A stretch of 64,000 nt of DNA from Nemertoderma westbladi (Eukaryota; Animalia; Xenacoelomorpha). The notes under the pieces were generated by a model. It saw only the letters and a program-made list of their open reading frames with translations, made no database searches and was not told the origin of the DNA. Positions 1-12,690 of this stretch are shown piece after piece (within the stretch, counting starts at the first letter, position 1; each line of letters opens with the position of its first letter). A program made the position numbers and the translations under genes. Location: the NCBI GenBank assembly GCA_032718475.1, contig JAUCBJ010000607.1, positions 158 to 64,157 of the forward strand. The letters run 5' to 3'.

Positions 1-799
1 GCCTTGGATTCTAGAGAGCCAGGGCTCGGGCACCCAAGCCCGAGAACCCGAGACTCTCTACGTGCCTCTAAGTATTTAGAATTGTTACGAATATTTTTCA
101 CTACGTACCGCACTATGTATCAACATTGTGTATCTACTTAGTATATTGTATAGTTCTATGTTTTGTATTGTATAATTCTCTAAGTTAGGACTTTTTTATC
201 CGTGACATATAATATTACCGGTATGGTTGTATACAAAATACTTTTTAGCTACAAATTAATTAGTATAATTTAGAATTATTATCGGTGAATTAATATACAG
301 TATAGTAAATATACTTTATTAGGCGTACGTGACTGTATTTTTAAAATGATCGGTAAAGTTCACATAACAATATGTATGTAGTTAGTTAGTTAGTTGAGCT
401 CAAAAGAGCTCTTATATTACATACTTATTCAAATATTATGTGTCAAATTAATATCAAATATACACTGCATAAATTCTAAGTTAGGACCTAATATTATGTC
501 TCGATTCATAATTCTAACTTAGGACCTTTCAAATCATATATTTCTCGACAAAATAGTAATGATCAGATCTAAAAACACTTTAGCTTGGGCCTAATATAAA
601 TGATAAATACGAAATTAGCTGAGACCCTTAAATTGTGTTATCGGGGAGTTATGTGCATACGGGGACAGGAGTTATGTAAATATCTTGTTTATTTTAGACG
701 TGAAGCTAATACTTCGCGGAATTTGCATTTCCAGATGCAGTCTGCTATTCCTTGTATATTATATTCAAGTCTAAGATCTGAGGTTAGTGGGCAATCGGA

Positions 800-1010
800 T
801 ATTACATGACTCTCATCTTGGATTGATTTCCCATCGCTGGAGCATACCCGTTACTCTCTTGGAAGTCTTGCCCACCTGTCTCTTTCCACACGGAGGTTGT
901 GCGAGGAAAGTCTAAAGCGTGTCCATTCCACTCGCTCGTATTCTGGAACGTTGAAATGGAATGTACAGCTTGACTGTGTACTGGTTACTTTCAATTTCTG
1001 ATTATTATCC
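800..1010 (-). mobile_element. Degenerate C-terminal fragment of a non-LTR retrotransposon (LINE) ORF2
   Basis: The minus-strand translation RFRLSSHNLRVERDRWARLPRE...QDESH resembles the RxRxSSHxLxIExGRW...EDExH C-terminal motif of LINE ORF2 proteins. It is interrupted by a stop; boundaries are approximate. Confidence 0.55.
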
Positions 1011-1437
1011 AAGGGACCCAATACCGGTCCGGTATGCATTTTACAGTAGTGCCGGATTGGTAAAATTTAAAACTAATTGTATTGCATTTGGGTGGTCCGG
1101 TCCTCCCAAGCTCCCCAGGCTCGGGTTCTCGGTAACTCGGGCTTGTGTTCTCGGGCTCGGGATACCATGTCAGTCAGCAACGGATACATATAACCGCAGT
1201 ATAACTCTTATCAATGTACAGTATAATAGATTTTATATAGGCCTACTGTAGTTATACAGTTAGATATATTAAAAAAACGTCATAAAAAAAGTTAGAATAT
1301 ACAAAGTGGCCAATTCCCTGGGAAAGAACACGTTCAAGAAAGTTAATATACATAATAAATAACCTTTGAATTGGCAAAAATGTCAAAAATCGTGGGGCAT
1401 GCACATCAACCCACACCTGACCGGATTTTATCAATTA

Positions 1438-1821
1438 GGGGCCGTCCAAGTATGACGTCAGCACTTTAGGGGGGGGGGGGGGGGGTTGGGAAAATCTGAT
1501 GACGTGCTGATGAGGGGGTCAGCCAAAATCTGACGTCAGCATGTTAATTTATAGGTGCTAGAAGAGATATAGCAGAAGAGTAAATAGCTTGCCTATTTTA
1601 ATTGTTCGAAGCCCCCGAAGGCCCGTAGCACGACTTTCTGTTTCAGTTACCAGTCACCATGTTTCAGTGATTAGGACGCGAAAATTTTTTTAATCTGATT
1701 TAGGGGAGGGGGGGGGGGGGGGGGGGGTGGGGGTCAACGCCTATCTGATGACATCTGATTTAGGGGAGGGAGGGGGTCAACATTTTGGGGAAAAGTACAG
1801 ACGTCATACTTGGACGGCCCC
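1438..1821. mobile_element. PIF/Harbinger (Tourist-like) MITE
   Basis: Perfect 22-bp TIRs (ggggccgtccaagtatgacgtc ... gacgtcatacttggacggcccc), flanked by a TTA duplication at 1435-1437 and 1822-1824; no ORF. Confidence 0.88.
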
Positions 1822-2138
1822 TTATGGCAATATTCTACAAAATGGAAAAGCCACCATCTAAACCACACGTGCTAATCAATAGCGGCTTTATTAACCAGAT
1901 TTGAAGTACTATAAGTATAGGCGTGTGACTTGTATATTAATGTAATAAATTACATATAGGACTCCGCTAATAGAGAGCGACAACTACTTATTATTTACAT
2001 CATTTGAATTAAGTGAGGCGCGCGACTAGTTATTGTTACGAATTTTACGAAAATATTATACCGTAAGTACTGTAGGCGCTCAATTCCCATTACAGTTTAT
2101 ATTATTGTAACATGGCGCATCAAGAATTTATATTTATA

Positions 2139-2992
2139 ATGAAATTATTTATAATTACATTACTAACTCTAACTGATGTAATTCTGGGCTTCAAATTCAA
2201 TGGATATAAACTAGTCGAACCAAATGGATCTAAATTTACTAGAGAATGTTTACGGAAAGAAGAAAGAAATAGTATTAGGGTAAAAGTTGATTTTATTATT
2301 AATCAACAAAGTGAATTAACTATTACCGATGTATTGGAATCAACGGTTATTGCTAAGGATGGTAAAGGTAACAACATAGTACGTGTGCGGAATGACGTCA
2401 ACGCCAATAGAGATGATTGTAGGGATATTATTAATAAAGCTGATATCGGTTGTAATGGATGGAGTACAACAGAGTATATAAGTGGCAAAACAGTTGGATC
2501 TACAGGATATATAACTGTTGGGTTGAATCCTCCTGTTATTGAATCTATACCGGAGGTATTTGATATAAGAATACATCTATTATACTAATAGTTCGTTAAA
2601 CGGTAGGTTAAATCTCCAAGACAATCCGGCAATATCCGATCAGTCAGCTTACCCACTTATAATAACTCTCCCACCCCAATGTAAAGCTGATAATGATCCA
2701 GAGTGTAGTTGCTTACCGAGTTGTACTTATATAGAAGGCAGTTCAGCTACATTAATTTGTAAGTTATCGGATTGGGTACCGGTACCGGTAGCTGGAAGTA
2801 CATCAGGAGATTCTAGATGGAGTTGGTATAGTAACGGAGTTGCTATTGGTGGAGTCGTAACTGAACCAGGAGATACACTGAGTATAAATAGAGATCTAAG
2901 TCGTGGAGATAATGGGGAAGTGTTTACATGTAAGGCGAGGAATAGAGCTATAGAAGTGGATAAATCCTGTACCACTACGATCATAGTTGAAT
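2139..2992 (+). pseudogene. IgSF receptor exon A, copy A1 (signal peptide + N-terminal variable domain + Ig domain), with one frameshift
   Basis: Starts MKLFIITLLTLTDVILGF and is homologous to intact copy A2. The frame shifts +1 near 2570-2580 and continues YYTNSSLNG...QCKADNDPECSCLPSC...FTCKARN...TTIIVE to a phase-1 donor t|gtaagt at 2992/2993. The shift could be a sequencing error. Confidence 0.75.
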
Positions 2993-3560
2993 GTAAGTTT
3001 GTGATATCCACTAAAGGTTACATTACTGTATATTACAATATATTTAGTTACACACGATCAGTGTCAGTGAGCATCAGACTGTAGACTGGGGTTTCTGCAA
3101 CAGCAGGAGGCATTCTGAGGAAACCAAGACGGAAAATGACGAAGAGTGAAGTGCCAATTGGTGAAAAAAAGGGTAGTGAAATGTAAAAATAAGTATAAAA
3201 CGAGAAGTAGAGACTTTACGGCTAGAACTAGTAGGGCCTTCATGTAGCAAAAGTTGCAAGCCATCTTAGCGAACAATTATAATATTAGTGTATTACTGCA
3301 GAGAGATGTGTAGCGAATGTTATATACCGACATGTAAAGTAAAGTCATTAGTTTTATCCAAATATTATTGGATAAAAAGGTCGCTTCAAATGTGCAAAAC
3401 CTCAACATTGTTTTAAAAATTTCCGCTCACTAGGCTCGCATTTTCTTCCTTGTTATGTACATTAACTTATGTAATCAATAAACTATATTAACATTCACAA
3501 TTTCCTTTCCAATTATAATGCCTTCATTATACCATAACCCCTCCTTCATATATCTACTTT

Positions 3561-3780
3561 CATGTGTGTGTACCATGTGTGTGTGTACCATGTGTGTGTA
3601 CCATGTGTGTGTGTACCATGTGTGTGTACCATGTGTGTGTACCATGTGTGTGTACCATGTGTGTGTGTACCATGTGTGTGTGTACCATGTGTGTGTACCA
3701 TGTGTGTATACCATGTGTGTGTGTACCATGTGTGTGTACCATGTGTGTGTACCATGTGTGTGTACCATGTGTGTGTACCA
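3561..3780. repeat. Compound microsatellite [accat(gt)4-5]n
   Basis: Directly visible 13-15-bp units; explains the spurious HTHMV/CVYHV ORFs. Confidence 0.95.
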
Positions 3781-4619
3781 CACCTTTGCGTTTTTCAACG
3801 TCATTTTGAATGTTTATACATTTTAACCTTGATGGTTTATCCTACTCCTTGACCGAAACTTAAGTACGACACTGTTCAATAATTATCACAATTAACACTA
3901 GGCCTAAAGCTAACAATAAAATAACCCGTACATAAGAAATAAAGTGATAGAAATTGCACTAAGATATATAAATGTTTTGAGTAAGTTAGTATTCTTGGTG
4001 GCCCCTACGCCACACCGCACTATATATGCACAAATTATAAAATTATTAAAATATTATTGATTTTTTTTTGTTGGGGGGGGGGGGGGGGGGGGGGATTGGC
4101 AAAGATGGCGAAAATGTTAGGGGTCCGTTAGGATCCAAAGTATAGCATCGAAAAATAATACAATCCAAAATTGTAACCCAAAATGGTAGAAAGTATTTTT
4201 AGTCGTTTCGTTATGCTAAAAATACACTGAAAAAATATAATACAAATCTCAAAAAAGGGTAGAATATAGTTTATTTTGTTGAAAATTATCGTAATAAACT
4301 TGGTGCATCTTCACACTATTGGAAACTTGGCGATAGTGCAGAACACCAAGTTACCATCTGAGTCCAAACAGGGGTGGGACAAATTGTCGCAAATGGTTAG
4401 CTGTTACTTTGCCCTCAAAACTATACAGTCGGTCCTGGCGAGCCTGGGACGAACCGTATAGCATATTCTGTGGTACACAGAATATATGATGTGATATACA
4501 GATCCTCCAGATCCATATTGCATATTCTTAAAATTAAATTCTTGAGGGACGTATATTTTTGATATGTTGCCTACAGAGGCGTGCAAAATCGATTACAATT
4601 ATTAATTTTATTGTTCCAG

Positions 4620-5228
4620 ATTTGCCGACTAGGATAAACATTAACCCCAGCGATGCGATTACAAAGAAAAAAGGCGAAACATTGGAATTAATATGTTCGG
4701 CAGACGATTACAATATGGAACCAAACCCAAGTTGGTCCTGGTATGTTGGTACTAAAGATGTTACTGGTGATGCAGCTATAGTTACTGAACCATATTTATC
4801 AACATTTACACTAGACCCTTTAGGCGCCGACGATGGAGGTGATTATAAGTGCGAGTATACTGGTCGTTACAGCAACAACGGTGGGGAAGGGAAAATGGAA
4901 AGTCCAGCGGTACCGGTAACTGTAGAATATTGTGAGATGAAACTGAAAGTTTCTGGTACTTCTTATACTATAAACACTTCTATAGAAATTAAAAGAAATA
5001 TGACAGACCATAATGACCCAATAGAAGTAAAGTGGATTCCATATGACTGCAATATAAATGTTGGTTATATTTGGAGTGGCAACTTCGTAACCGGTGGAGA
5101 TGAAGTTAGGAATATCGAAGTTAATAGAAGATCTTCTGGGATTTACACAACTACAGCCGAATATAGGTTTTATGATTATCGGGTATTAGTTATTACGGAG
5201 TCATTCAATATTGAGTTAATAGTTCAGT
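4620..5228 (+). CDS. IgSF receptor exon B, copy B1 (two Ig-like domains)
   Basis: Acceptor ttgttccag|at, donor cagt|gtaagt; 609 nt, phase 1-1, open. Ig motifs GETLELICSA...WSWY...TFTL...DGGDYKC; the second domain is non-canonical. Confidence 0.82.
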
Positions 5229-5706
5229 GTAAGTAACAATAAACTACTGTAAATATTACCCTCCATCACTGTTAGTAGAACAGGAGTCATTCACTATTGA
5301 GATAATAGTTCAGTGTAAGTAACAATAAACTACTGTAAATATTACCCTCCATCACTGTTAGTAGAACAGGAGTCATTCACTATTGAGTTAATAGTTCGAT
5401 GTAAGTAACAATAAACTATTGTAAATATTACCCTCCATCGCTGTTAGTAGAACAGGAGTCATTCACTATTGAGTTAATAGTTCAGTGTAAGTAACAATAA
5501 ACTACTGTAAATATTACCCTCCATCACTGTTAGTAGAACTGGAGTCATTCACTATTGAGTTAATAGTTCAGTGTAAGTAACAATAAACTACTGTAAATAT
5601 TACCCTCCATCACTGTTAGTAGAACTGGAGTCATTCACTATTGAGTTAATAGTTCAGTGTAAGTAACAATAAACTACTGTAAATATTACCCTCCATCACT
5701 GCTTAG
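5198..5706 (+). repeat. 86-bp tandem repeat (about 6 copies) of the exon B 3' end plus splice donor
   Basis: Unit gagtcattcactattgagttaatagttcagtgtaagtaacaataaactactgtaaatattaccctccatcactgttagtagaacag; the first copy is the real exon/intron boundary. Confidence 0.95.
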
Positions 5707-6870
5707 TAGCGCTTATTCGTGCAGTTATTATTAGTGTTTATTTGTAGGTAGGGTTCATTTTTGATAGGGGGCTGGTTTCTATTTGGTCATATATATATAT
5801 AATTCGCCAGTGAGGTTGTACTGTACCCATTTTGGTCTTTACATATCTATATATATACAGTATATATATAATATAAAAGTATACACAAAGTTTTACACAA
5901 AGGATTAACTACTGTACGTTTGAATCCCCATAACTCGGCATATCGTTTCCTGGATTTATTACGGTACTATTAAATAATATACTGCAATTAAATTTATTAC
6001 GTTACGTAGATTTATAAAGTACATCATATTGTAACAAGAATTATACTTTGCCGCTGGCAGTAAAATACATGTATAATTGTTTTGAAGTCCTTGAATACAT
6101 TTCATTTCATTATACATTTCAAGTTAAATTCTGTGATATACCTCACAGTATCTCAGCATTAATCCGATGCCCTATTATTTGAATTTTGATCTTTATTAAT
6201 TTGTACTTATTATCACCTAATTTATTAATTAATTACATATTTACTTTACAATTTTAGAATTTATATTGATAAGTATTGTTTATTTTTGTTTATAAAATAA
6301 TTATTGTTTGTGACTAATTTTACCGTTTTGATAATTTACCACTTTGAAGGGGGCGTTTGGTGTCTTGTGTTTCATTGTAAAACTTAACCTTGTCATTAAA
6401 ATTATATATAATTTTGTACAAATAATATCCATTGTAATAGGGCCTCTGCGTATATCCATTAATCCCTACGGTATAGGTATAATATACCCTACAACTATCT
6501 AACTATCTTTTAGACTCTAATCATGTTTAATAGTTGGCCTACACAGTTCTAGGCATCATGTAGGGCCTGTGGTGGGCGCGATTCTCGCATTAGCGCGACT
6601 CACATAATTTCAACGTAATACATTACAGTCAGGAGCATGTACTATGTTGACACCAGGACAGCTGGTGTGGCACCGGTAGGTACATATGTAAAACCAGTAA
6701 ACGGTGGTATGAGTGTCATGTCAAGACTGACACGGACAGCAGTATGTTGTCCGTCGAAAGTGAAAGTATCTCACGGTTCGATATCTGTTACCGCTACAGG
6801 CCTACAGTATAATAAGATGAACTTTACAGATTGATTATTTTATTTGAACAATAAACATTGAGTTTACATC

Positions 6871-7720
6871 ATGAAATTATATATAATAATATTACTAAGT
6901 CTAACTGATGTTATTCTGGGGTTAAAGTATAATGGATATAAACTAGTCGAACAAGGTGGACCTCCGTTTACTAGAGAATGTTTAATTATAGAAGACAGAG
7001 ACTCTATTGCAGTGAAAGTTGATTTTGTTATTGAAGAGGTTAGCGAATTAATAACGGAAACGATTTCCGATGTACTGGAATTATATGTTACTGCTACGGA
7101 TGATAATGGTAACAGCATACGTGTGAATAATGTAGCGAACTCCAAAGGAGATGTTTGTAGCAACAACGGTAACGTTATCCCTTGTAATGGATGGACTACA
7201 ACAGAATATATAAGTAGCAACACAGCCGGAGCTCCAGGATATATAACTGTTGGGTTGAATCCTCCTGTTATTGAATCTATACCGGAGGAATTGGAGATAA
7301 GAATAAAATATTGGATTAAAGATAGTAGAACAGTGCAACTCCAAATCAACACGGCGGACTTCCCCGGTCAGACCACTAATGATGCACTTTTAATACCTCT
7401 TACCCAATGTAAAGCTGATAATGATCCAAAGTGTAGCTGCTTACCGAATTGTACTTATATAGAAGGCAGTTCAGCTACATTAAACTGTAAGTTATCGGAT
7501 TGGGTACCGGTACCGGTAGCTGGAAGTACATCAGTAGATTCTAGATGGAGTTGGTATAGTAACCGAGTTGCTATTGGTGGAGTCGTAACTGAACCAGAAG
7601 ATACACTGAGGATAAAAAGATATCTAAGTCGTGGAGATAATGGGGAAGTGTTTATATGTAAGGCGAGGAATATAGCTATAGAAGAGGATAAATCCTGTAC
7701 CACTACGATCGTAGTTCAAT
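6871..7720 (+). CDS. IgSF receptor exon A, copy A2 (intact: signal peptide, N-terminal domain, Ig domain)
   Basis: ATG plus hydrophobic leader MKLYIIILLSLTDVILG; Ig motifs EGSSATLNC...WSWY...TLRI...DNGEVFICKARN; phase-1 donor caat|gtaagt at 7720/7721, compatible with exon B. Confidence 0.85.
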
Positions 7721-7960
7721 GTAAGTTTGAGATATCTCCTAAAGGTTACATTATGTTACAATATATTTAGTTACATACGATCAGTGTCAGTGAGCATCAG
7801 ACTGTAGACTTGGGTTTCTGTTACGGCCGAAGGCATTCTGAGGAAACCAAGCCGGTAAATGACAAAGTGAAGTCCAAAATGGGGAAAGAAAGGGTATTAA
7901 CTGTAGAGAGACTCCACGGTATGGTACACGAGATTAACGTTACAAGTGATTCCATTGGAT

Positions 7961-8702
7961 ACACGTTCGTGGGGCCTTCTCGCAGCACGAGACTCGGTTA
8001 ACCTAGGTTAACCCGAGAAAGATGTAATCCGAGTACTCGAAATTTGGTCTACTACTTCGTTAGCTTGTCTCTACCAGTTCTATTTAAGCAATTATCGTAG
8101 GTCACTACTCCAACTTTCAGTTGAATCTGATTGGTTCTATTATAGCTACTATTATGTTTCTGCGAATTCGCCCCCTAGCGGCAGACAGAGGAACTGTAGA
8201 AGTCTGTACTTATTTAGAATTATTTCTTATTCAGCAATGCTCATAGGTCACTCCTAACAAATTTCAGATGAATCTGATGGTTAGTTCTATAAGTACAGCT
8301 ACAGTACTTCTACGTTTCTGTCAATTCGCCCCCTAGCGGCAGACAAAGGAACTATAAACGTTTGTCTTTGTGCAGAATTTATACTTAAGCAATGCTCATA
8401 GGTCACTCCTAACAAATTTCAGATCAATCTGATTGTTGGTTCTATAAGTACAGCTGCTTCTGCGTTTCTGTCAATTCGCCCTCTAGCGGCAGACATATGA
8501 ACTACAGAAGTCTGTTTCTCTGTAGAATTTCTAAACTTTTGATAGACTACATGTGTACCAAGTTTGGTTCCATTTCATCCATGATTGACCGACTTATTGG
8601 CGTTCACACATTTCCGACGACAACAACAACAACGACGACGACGGACGGCTCACTAATTGTACTGCTATACTAAGGCTCAACTGGACTTCGTGGCTCGCCC
8701 CA
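7961..8702. mobile_element. Non-autonomous interspersed element, possibly Helentron/DINE-like, with three internal ~140-160-bp tandem copies
   Basis: Left end (acacgttcgtggggccttc..gcagcacgag) and right end (ctaaggctca..acttcgtggctcgcccca) recur at about 56355 and 57968. The motif aattcgccccctagcggcagaca occurs 3 times (8165, 8323, 8473), and there is a caa/cga microsatellite. The family assignment is inference. Confidence 0.5.
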
Positions 8703-9534
8703 TAAAAATATAATCAGCAGAAACTAATTCAATAAAATTCCTAGTTTATTTTTCATTAAACTAATTATTATATGAAGATAGAATGTCTTGGTTTCTACAT
8801 AAGTTATTTAATGTAGATTCTATCCGAGTTCTACATATAAACTGTAGTTTAGTGCTAAATACGCGAGGTTTTGTAACCATCGCAACCTTTGTGACGTACA
8901 TAGTACATACCGTCACGTTAATCAAAGCTATTCCTATTATTAAATTCAAGAAAAGCTGATTCTTTATCGAAATTGCTGACATTCAAGTTAATACCAATTT
9001 CAGCTAAACTACAGAAACGTTCTAAACGTACAGAAATTTGATTACTTGGGAGACGTATTCAATTAGTTTAATATTACAATACTCAAAATCATGATTTACA
9101 CTTATGTTAATGTGCACAACAGAAATTATGTATCTGAAATCCTAATAGAATGTAGATTTCCTACTAGGGGTACTGTATTATATACCAAAATTTTACGGTA
9201 ATACTTTAATGTGGTTTATAACATTATCATTATAAACCAAACAAAGTTGAAATTCTCATCACTACCAATAAGTAAATAAATATTGGATATCAAATACCAC
9301 AGCAATGTGATTCTAAAAATGTAAACCGATTTACAATTTCGGAATTAATTCTAACTTTAATAACTTTAAATATCTGTATACCAAAAACCATAGATTGAAA
9401 CACCAGAGTGGGAGGATACCCACCCCTACTACAGTACCACCATATATAATTATTTGGTATCTACAGTATTACTTATAGGCCTATTTTCTTAAAGTTAGAC
9501 TATTAAACATAACATATCCATAACATAACATATC

Positions 9535-10040
9535 CCCCAAGGTCCCACCCTTGACACTTTTCATCCTGTACATTAACGACCTCCCTCTTGCAACATATCT
9601 GTGAACTCTACTTTTCGCCGACGATACTAACTTGTTTAGCTCACACGTACACCACTCATCAACTCACCTAAATATTGTTAACATTGAACTAGAAGATCGT
9701 TCTGAATGGTTTGATTCGAATCGCCTCTCGTTAAACGTCAATAAAACCGTTTACTGTATCCATTCTAACAATCCTCGCAATAGATTCCACGTTTACCCAA
9801 AGGTAAAATCAAAGACTCCATGCTTGACCATTGTGATAATGTAAGATACCTTGGCCTCATCATCGACAACCTTCTCAACTGGAAAGAACACTGCTTATTT
9901 GTTTTGTATCTCGATCTATCTCGAGATTTGTTGGGTTATTTTTCAAATTGCGTCAAAAGTTGCCTCTTTTTGCTTTAAAATTGCTATTTCATGGATATGT
10001 GAATTATCAGGTTGCCTATATGGTTTACTACTTTGGGTGG
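9535..10040 (+). mobile_element. Degenerate CR1/L2-group LINE reverse transcriptase fragment
   Basis: Across frameshifts it reads PQG..., FILYINDLP, LFADDTNL, EWFDSNRLSLNVNKT, RYLGLIIDNLLNWKEH. Confidence 0.8.
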
Positions 10041-10981
10041 CACATATGATACTTATCCCCACCCTTACGAATTTTTTTAAAATTGTTTTTATTATTTAAT
10101 CTAGAGCAGTTTTTTTATCAAGAATCCAAATTTAAAAACCGTTTAGCAATATCTATCATACTTATCGAGCTATGGCTGTCTGTCCGTTTGACTGACGGTC
10201 TGTCCGTCACTATTTCTGTCCGTCAATAAAAAGCATATCTATCAAAAAATGCCGGTTTTGGGTTTGCGGAGTCGGTGACGTCATTTGTGATGTCATTATT
10301 TAAATTTGGCATCGTCGTTTCTGTCTGTATGCCTGTCAGTCTGAACGTCAAAACATAACCGACAGCTTGACAGCCAAACAGACATTTAGAAGTCACCAAA
10401 TGTTAAAACTGACACTCGAAATGAATTCAGCGAGGAAAACCCTTATAACTAAACTTTTAGCTAGATGGTGTGACCTTTCCTTATATTAAATATACAATGT
10501 AAATAGGACAATATGATATGCTCTTTCCTTATATTAACCTTACATTAAAGAAATGTTTTAGATCTTGGCTCATAAATTACAATTTTGCCAACAAACCTGA
10601 CTCAAAGATACAGATGAATTACAAAAAACCTACCTACAAAAAAATTTTAAAATGGGCCAAATAGGGTTAATATTACAAAACGTTAATAAAAAACAATTAT
10701 GATTTTCACTGATTTTAAATATTACGGATCACCACCAACCACTGCAAGGTTCTTGTTAAAAATGTAAACTGATTTGCAATTACGGAAACGGCCGAGTCGA
10801 CAATCGAGGCAATCTGTCAGCTAAAATTGCATTTGTTTCCACTAAACTAATTCCAAGCATTGGCCAACATTGGCGTTTAAAAAACTCGCCATTACAATAT
10901 ATAACAATTAACATTACATTGTTATAAATCTGAAAGTTTTACATCTAAGTTATATTATTAATATTAATTTTATTGTTCCAG

Positions 10982-11584
10982 ATTTGCCGTCTAGGATAAA
11001 CATTAACCCCAGCGATGCGATTAAAAAGAAAAAAGGCGAAACATTGGAATTAAAATGTTCGGCAGAGGAATACAATGTGAATCCAAAACCAAGTTGGTCC
11101 TGGTATGTTGGTACTAAAGATGTTACTGGTGATGCAGCTATAGTTACTGAACCATCATCAACATTTACACTAGACCCTTTACGCGCCGACGATGGAGGTG
11201 ATTATAAGTGCGAGTTTACCGGTAGTTACAACAACGGTGAGGAAGAGAGTATCGAAAGTCCAGCGATACCGGTAACTGTAGAATATTGTGATCTGGAACT
11301 GAAAGTTTCTGGTACTTCTTATAATGGAGGTGATTCAATACAATTAAATAGAAGTTTAGAAGTTCATAACGACCCAATAGAGGTAAAGTGGATTCCAGTT
11401 GGGGATGGATGCAATATAGGTGTAGATTATATTTGGAGTGGCGACTTCTTAACCGGTGGAGATGAAGTTATGAATATCGAAATAAATAAAAGATCTTCAG
11501 GGATTTACACAACTAAAGCCGAATATACGTTTTATGATTCATCAACTATTACAGAGTCATTCACTATTGAGTTAATAGTTCAGT
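10982..11584 (+). CDS. IgSF receptor exon B, copy B2 (two Ig-like domains)
   Basis: Acceptor ttgttccag|at, donor cagt|gtaagt; 603 nt, phase 1-1, open; close paralog of B1. Confidence 0.85.
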
Positions 11585-12690
11585 GTAAGTAACAATAAAC
11601 TACTGTAAATATTACCCTCCATCACTGTTAGTAGAACAGGAGTCATTCACTATTGAGTTAATAGTTCAGTGTAAGTAACAATAAACTACTGTAAATATTA
11701 CCCTCCATCACTGTTAGTAGAACAGGAGTCATTCGCTATTGAGTTAATAGTTCAGTGTAAGTAACAATAAACTACTGTAAATATTACCCTCCATCACTGT
11801 TAGTAGAACAGGAGTCATTCACTATTGAGTTAATAGTTCAGTGTATGTAACAATAAACTACTGTAAATATTACCCTCCATCACTGTTAGTAGAACAGGAG
11901 TCATTCACTATTGAGTTAATAGTTCAGTGTAAGTAACAATAAACTACTGTAAATATTACCCTCCATCACTGTTAGTAGAACAGGAGTCATTCACTATTGA
12001 GTTAATAGTTCAGTGTAAGTAACAATAAACTACTGTAAATATTACCCTCCATCACTGTTAGTAGAACATGAGTCATTCACTATTGAGTTCATACTGTAGT
12101 TCAGTGTAAGTAACAATAAACTACTGTAAATATTACCCTCCATCACTGTTAGTAGAACAGGAGTCATTCACTATTGAGTTAATAGTTCAGTGTAAGTAAC
12201 AATAAACTACTGTAAATATTACCCTCCATCACTGTTAGTAGAACAGGAGTCATTCACTATTGAGTTAATAGTTCAGTGTAAGTAACAATAAACTACTGTA
12301 AATATTACCCTCCATCACTGTTAGTAGAACAGGAGTCATTCATTATTGAGTTATGGTGTAGTATGCAATAATGCCGCATCAATATTAGTGTAAAGCACCT
12401 CATCACAATGTATGTATTCATTGTTTGCATAGTGGGATTAAGCAGATGGTGGAGGGCTATTACATCCATGTATATTATGCAATGTGTACCTTAGATTCAT
12501 TGACATTGCGTTTATATTTTATACATTATATTATTATTATATAATACCACATTATTAAACTCATTTTATACCATGGCGCAGTTGTGTTTAAGCAATTTTA
12601 TATAAGTTTGAATTTGTCAATAATTTTCATTATTAATGTAAGTTTGAAATGTTAAAATAAATCTGTGTTACTTATGTGGCATTAGTAATC

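Noticed and set aside
2993-3150. V(D)J-type recombination signals next to the A cassettes
   Set aside because: The shared post-exon sequence has no CACAGTG heptamer/ACAAAAACC nonamer pair; its similarity is explained by duplication.
3475-3852. His/Cys-rich ORFs on both strands
   Set aside because: They are translations of the (gt)n-accat microsatellite.
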